Shown: positions 47,247 through 64,000 of the stretch, one piece after another | Layout of the letters: each line of letters starts with the position of its first letter | How positions within the stretch are numbered: the first letter of the stretch is position 1 | DNA from: Macrostomum lignano | Taxonomy: Eukaryota | Direction: 5' to 3' | Assembly: GCA_002269645.1 (NCBI GenBank) | Contig: NIVC01001270.1 | Location: forward strand, 82,040 to 146,039 | DNA: 64,000 nt | Position numbers and translations under genes: made by a program | The notes under the pieces: generated by a model | The model's database searches: none | What the model was told of the DNA's origin: nothing | Seen by the model: only the letters and a program-made list of their open reading frames with translations

Positions 47247-47365
47247 ATCAGAGAAACGGCGCGACTTAGATCAGAGAAACGGCGCGACTTAGATCAGAGA
47301 AACGGCGAGATTTAGAAAAACGGCGTGAATTAGATTAAAGAAACGGCGCGAATTAGATCAGAGAA
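47247..47365 (+). repeat. 23-bp tandem repeat (GATCAGAGAAACGGCGCGACTTA) in the 5' leader
   Basis: About 5 progressively degenerate copies between the PBS and the gag ATG. Confidence 0.85.
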
Positions 47366-47387
47366 ACAGTAGAAATTAGAAACAGAA

Positions 47388-47975
47388 ATGGCCAACGCAA
47401 ATGATGCGATTGCAATGCTAGCTGAAGAGCTAAGAAACAAGGTAGAACTAGGATCGCTGAAGCAGGTAGAAGTAGAAAAGTACACGCCTGACAAGAACAT
47501 TAGGCAGTGGCTCAACGCATTCGAGCAGCAATGCAGGATGCAAGGACTTAACGGAGAAGAGCGGAAGGAAGCCCTCTTCGCCAATCTGGATATCCCAGAA
47601 GGACTGAAGCGGAGGATGAGCCATAGGAAAGATCAGCAGCATTATCAGGAGATTAGGAGGCAGATCATTGAGGAGTTTGAGTCAAAACAGCAGAACCAGA
47701 AAGGAGGAACTGAAGCCCTAGTGGAGTGCTTGGTCACCTTGATAACTATCTTCACTAGTATCAACGTGAACTCAAACCCGGAACGGCAGCAGCAGTCTCA
47801 GCCAATGCCAAAACCGCGTCCCCAGTCCAGGCACCGATTTAGTGGCGCCAGACCTGAGCCAAAACCTGGCCATTGCTTTTTCTGTGGACAGTCAGGACCA
47901 ATTAGACCGCAGGCAGGTCACAGATGCAGACTTAACTTGGGAGAAGCCAGACAGCGAGCCCAAGAGAAAGGATGA
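47388..47975 (+). CDS. gag: Gag-like protein (195 aa) with a degenerate zinc knuckle
   Basis: EKY...WLNAFEQQC..G...RKEAL capsid-like pattern; CFFCGQSGPIRPQA where CCHC is expected; position directly after the PBS. Confidence 0.7.
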   Translation: MANANDAIAMLAEELRNKVELGSLKQVEVEKYTPDKNIRQWLNAFEQQCRMQGLNGEERKEALFANLDIPEGLKRRMSHRKDQQHYQEIRRQIIEEFESKQQNQKGGTEALVECLVTLITIFTSINVNSNPERQQQSQPMPKPRPQSRHRFSGARPEPKPGHCFFCGQSGPIRPQAGHRCRLNLGEARQRAQEKG

Positions 47976-49432
47976 GAGTTGAGTATGTAAGCACGATTCA
48001 GTTAAGCTCAGAAAAGTGTACATAGTATCCATAAAAATATAAAAATTTATAAAAGCTTCGAAAAAGAAAATAAAAACGTTTGAATTAGCACCATATAACG
48101 TATAAAATGCACTTAATTGTTTATTGGAACCCTCAAAAGGGCCGTTTTGCAAACTGACCCTTAGAAGGGCCGTTTTAATGAAAAATACCTTATGCAAGCC
48201 GCTAATGCATAAGAATGTTCAATCTAGCACTATACTATGTAAATAGCACATCAAATTGCTTTAAGTGAAAACCTTAGAAGAATCATTACGCTAATAGTTC
48301 TTATAGAAGCCTCAAAAGGGCCGTTTTACTAAAATTTAGATATAGGATAGTAAAGTTGCTCAGAAGATAGGAAGCATAACTAAGTAGTCAAAGTCCTTCC
48401 AGAATATTAATAAAAGGCTCTGCGGAAAGAAATAATTGAGAATAACTCTGACAAACAGGAATAGAAGCGAGATAAGAGTTGCGAAGTTGAGAAGTTTTGA
48501 AGAGAGAATTGAGACAAGAAGTGAAAATCGAAGCAAGTGTACTAGAAGCAGAGGTAGACTAGGGAAAGCCTAGCCGCACCCTCGAAACGCTGATAGACAC
48601 TTAAAAGGAGCGATAGAAGCTGTTGAAGTTGTAGAAGTGAATCCGAGAGAAGAATTCAGGAGATATTGAGACGAGAAGAGAATTTGAAGAAGAGAATTTG
48701 GAGAAGAGTTGAGAATTTGATGAGAAAATTGAGAAAATTCTGATCAGCTATCTTCGTGTGTCCCTCTTTAGATAAAGACTTCATTGCTTTCTAAAAGGAT
48801 GCGATAGTCTGTGAAGAGCAAAAATAGAGCAGAATTTGAGAAGACTGTGTAGATAGAAGCTCGAAAATGTCAAAGGCACTACTGAGTGACCGAACTAAGT
48901 AGAGCATGTTGAAAATCGTTATGAGAAATTGGTGAAAAGACGAGGAGATTCCGCATCGAGAAATTAGCAGCTAGAAAACGTGTGCCACTACTGAGTAGAA
49001 ACGAGAGAAAGTTGAAGTGAGAAATTGTCAGAGATAATTTAAAAGTCCTCTTTTAGAAAGAGAGATAATCCAATTAATTTGAGAAAGCCAAGAATGAAAT
49101 TTCTTGATCCCGCTTAGAAAGGCATGATTTAATCATTTAAAGTCCTCTCTCAAGGATCTTGAAAGCTGAAAGAGAAATTTGATAGATGGAACTACTGAAA
49201 GAGTACTCTGCCTTATGGTGAAAGCAAGGTAGCCCATTGGCAGCCAAATTTCAGCCTGATCCTAAGAGCAGTGTAATTTCGGAAGGTAGATGTTCGAAAA
49301 ATTTATTAAACCAACTTACCAAATAAAGAGACGGAACCTACAAATAGGGGAAGGCAGCGAGAGCAACAGAAAAAGAGAGAGCCGAAAAGTAAGGGAAGGC
49401 AACGACATCAGCCGATTGATAAGAATAACCAT

Positions 49433-49738
49433 TTGGAACCAATAGTATTAGACGATAGCTCAGAAGAAGAGAGAATTCAGTGGAGAGCGCGAGAAATCGA
49501 ACAGAACGAGCCAAATGAGGAAGGAATTGAGCAGAATGAAGGAGAGTTTGAGCATGAATCATTAGACAGTGAGAGAACCGAGCCATTCGAAATAGGTGAC
49601 ACATCAGAGTCAAATCAAGATAGAAGTGAGAACGAGAGGGCCGAACAAAGGCATAACTATAATCTGAGACCCCGGAGAGAGAGCTTAGTCACCACAGGCT
49701 TTGTTCCCCGGAGGCGCTATTCTCACTATCGAAAGTAA
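49433..49738 (+). pseudogene. Acidic remnant resembling the C-terminal tail of Pol
   Basis: Ends HNYNLRPRR, a pattern typical of integrase tails; TTG start; no upstream pol frame. Confidence 0.45.
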
Positions 49739-50127
49739 AGATGACGTAATCAGCGAACCAAAACCCCATTAGAATCAGTGTAAAAATGTTTCCATTTGTA
49801 AATAGACTCTACAAAAAGCTCAATAAAATAAAAACTATAAAAGCTACAAAAAATACAAAAACATCAAATGAATCTGTAAATAATTATCTATAAAATGGCG
49901 TATTGCTCATCATTGTATCTATTATATTAAGAAAGTTATATGCATGTGAAAAATGACTCAAAGTTCTCAGCGGAGCCAAAGTGTCAAGAGTGAAGCCCAG
50001 ACCCCTCCCCGAGAGCGAACACGAAGATGCGGTCCAGTTTTCCGAATATATAAACAAAACCCCTGAGGCTCCTCAGACCCGTCAATCACACCTTGCTAAG
50101 CCAAGAGCCAAACCGCTAGAAATTCTA

Positions 50128-51304
<1,177 letters not shown>

Positions 51305-51470
51305 CTAATTTTGTCTTTTTACTTTTGCCTTAGTGTACTGCTTGACATACTTACTTTTGCCTTGAAAATATCAATTTATCATTTTGTGTGCTGCTTAAAT
51401 ATTTTACTTAGATTTTGACAATTTTACTCACGTCAAATTTTTGTAAATTTTTGTTCATAAATATTGTCTT

Positions 51471-51481
51471 AGGGAAGGCAG
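51471..51481 (+). other. Polypurine tract AGGGAAGGCAG
   Basis: Directly upstream of the 3' LTR. Confidence 0.8.
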
Positions 51482-51482
51482 T

Positions 51483-52323
51483 TGAGGTAGGCCTTATTTT
51501 AACATTGTTCGTTTCCTAGAAAATAGTGTATTTGAAACTAGACTATTTTGTTTTAACACGTATAATATTAGTAATATTGTAAATATTTTAAATATTATGA
51601 AATTTTATTTGTTTAAAAGACCAAATCGAGAGGAGTATAAATACACGAGCTGAATAAGAAGGAGAGCAACTGGTGCAACTTGTGCTTCGTTGGCTTCAAG
51701 CCTAAAACTGTTCTAGTATATTGCTCAATACTCACTGACTTAGTTATTTTAGGAAGCATCAGAAGCCTCAAAATTGAGAGAGTTCAACCCGTTCTTAGTG
51801 AACGAGACAACCAGATCTAGGATCTGAGAAATCGCCTGTAGAAGGCAGAAATCCTACCACAGGGTAGAGAAGTCCAGACTCAGAGTCTGAGAAACCCACC
51901 TCAGGGCAGAATACCCAGCGAAGTGCGCTGTGACCCTCTGATCCCGGGAACGCCCAGGACTGAATCTTTAGAGTATAGGAATAGAATAGACAGTGCCTAA
52001 GAGACCGCTCAGGCCCGAAAGTACAGTAAAAGTACATACGCTACCAATAGAAGTACAGACGCTACCAATAAAAGTACATACACTACCAATAGAAGTACAT
52101 GCACTACAAGTAGAGGTCAAGTAATAACCAGCAATATTAACAAAAAGGAATAACCCCTGCAACAACTTAGTGACAGCGGTGAAATCATTTGTAGGGACAG
52201 AAGTTAACCACCAGCACAACTTTAGTGACAGCGGTGGGATTGTATAGAAAGACGGAGCCCTACGTCAACTTTGGTGACAATAGTGGGAGAATATTAGTAG
52301 AGGCAGAAGTAAGCCCTACGACA
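51483..52323 (+). repeat. 3' LTR (841 bp)
   Basis: Matches 46385-47225; followed by TSD TAAC. Confidence 0.95.
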
Positions 52324-53927
52324 TAACTAAAGTATTATTCATTTTGTTAAGTTGACTCTGCTATTTAAATCTATTGAGAAACCAAAACATGATTGCATGT
52401 TACTCAAAAAATCAAATTGGTACTAAGATATTTGTCACATTTCATAGTTTTGATAAAAACTATATATAAAATCATTGTTACATATCATTGTTACCTAACT
52501 AAGAAGTTTTAGAAAACATTTATTATCTTGTAATAAGATTACTTTATTATTTAGGCATCATAAACCTAGACTTTGAAAAGTTATATATATGCCAGAAAAT
52601 TCCAGCATATTCTGGAATTCCAGTGTCCAAAAAATTCTGGCATACAAACAACCCCTTTTAAAGTTGGCGTACAAATTTTGGTATACAAAAAATTCATACA
52701 ATTTTTTGGCATATAAATTTTGGTGAAAAAATCATGCTGTGCATGAAAATTATATTGTAAATTAACACTTTAATGTAAAACAGAAGAAATTTCGTATAGT
52801 CTATAAAAAGTCAGTGATAAACTTTTTGTTTCTTTAAAATTTACAATAAATACAATTAGTAAAAATTATTGCTAAAAACATAAATTTTGCATTATTATTT
52901 TAGGTAAAATTTAAATTTGTTTAAAATGAAAGATTCATAATATTTTAAAAAGACTTTTTGTACAAAAACCTTTTTTAGAAAGCTTAGCTCATGAAAACCA
53001 AATGACTTTTTAGGAGAAACTTTTGGCATACATTTGTAGGGAAATTTTTGTTTTTGGTATACATTGGCATATATTTAGCTAAGATAGAATTCTTGTTTCA
53101 GTGTATACTACTATATGATCTAGACCCTGGTCATAAACTAAGGCACCAAAAAGCAATCTAGGATACCAAAATGCAAGGCACTTAAAAGCATAGGTACTAA
53201 AAAGCATGGAAACCATATAGTATGTGCACTAATAGACTAGATTAGGTTACAATAGATTGAATGCAGGAGGCTAGGGACTTAAAGTCTTAAGGAAATATAT
53301 TATTTAATAAAATATTTCAAATGCTTAAATAAGCAATAAATAAAGAAAAAAACTATATAGGCCTTCTTGATTATTGTTAATGGTATTAATATTGGTATTA
53401 CTATAGTATAGTATAGTGATATAGTCTATGATCACCAACATTGCAGTGTTAGTTGAAACAAGTCATTTTTGGTGGTTTTTAAAAGCCTCTCATACCAACC
53501 ACTTTGGATTCCTGCTACCCTTCTGTTGCAACCAACAGTGGTCTTCAATGAAAAGAGACAAGGCTTTATAATTTATTGTGGCTCACAGTTGGTCCCAACC
53601 AAACAGCAGGGACAGGAGAAGAAATGGAGAAATGTTTTCCCAGGAATCAATATATTATAGCCCAACCTTCAAACCAGCTAGGATGAAATTGGGTAGGTGG
53701 CACCATGTCTATGTTTTTGGTAATAATCTTTTAGGTCTTTTAAAGGTTGCAAAATTGTAAATTAATTGTAAATTATATTATTTATATTTTTGTTGATCAC
53801 TTTACAATATTATTATTTATCATATTTCTATCCTAATATGAATATAAATATACTATATGGAATGGCCTTTTAAAATATTGCAGCTAATCAACGCAATCAA
53901 AATTGGTGAAAACAATCAATAGCCATC

Positions 53928-63817
<9,890 letters not shown>

Positions 63818-63892
63818 GTGAGGACAGGCCTGCTATTAGTATAGTATCCATTTAGTCACTAGCGTTATGGCTTTAATGACCTTTGCCGCTCT

Positions 63893-64000
63893 TTGACAAA
63901 TCAAGGTGTAGCTCTGACAAATCAAGGTGTAGCTCTGACAAATCAAGGTGTAGCTTTGACAAATCAAGGTGTAGCTCTGACAAATCAAGGTGTAGCTCTG
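63893..64000. repeat. Minisatellite, 21 bp unit (TGACAAATCAAGGTGTAGCTC), SERCA intron 7, runs off the window
   Basis: Tandem copies. Confidence 0.93.

Overview
Eukaryotic (metazoan) genomic DNA. GC-rich exons, AT-rich spacers and a different minisatellite in most introns suggest the flatworm Macrostomum, but that taxon call is inference only. Host genes: an unidentified acidic low-complexity gene (2010-4345, continuing), splicing factor 1 (SF1/BBP, 5 exons, 21879-26357), a 3-exon type II membrane TNF-like gene with a GC-AG intron (27173-29382), a neuromedin U/pyrokinin-like GPCR (minus strand, 36260-38088) and SERCA (53928 to beyond the window end). Mobile DNA: an intact Mag-like Ty3/gypsy retrotransposon (4718-10343) whose 5' LTR is interrupted by an intact IS630/Tc1-like transposon with unusual DD30E spacing; several MITEs with 8-9 bp TSDs; a tRNA-related SINE-like family; and a young Pol-less LTR element (46385-52323). 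The Pol-less element is the most unusual object. It has LTRs identical by eye, a gag ORF, an orphan accessory ORF, and a tandem array of degenerate tRNA-Leu primer-binding sites built into each LTR. No prokaryotic systems, rRNA, intact tRNA or CRISPR array are supported. All coordinates and alignments were read by eye.
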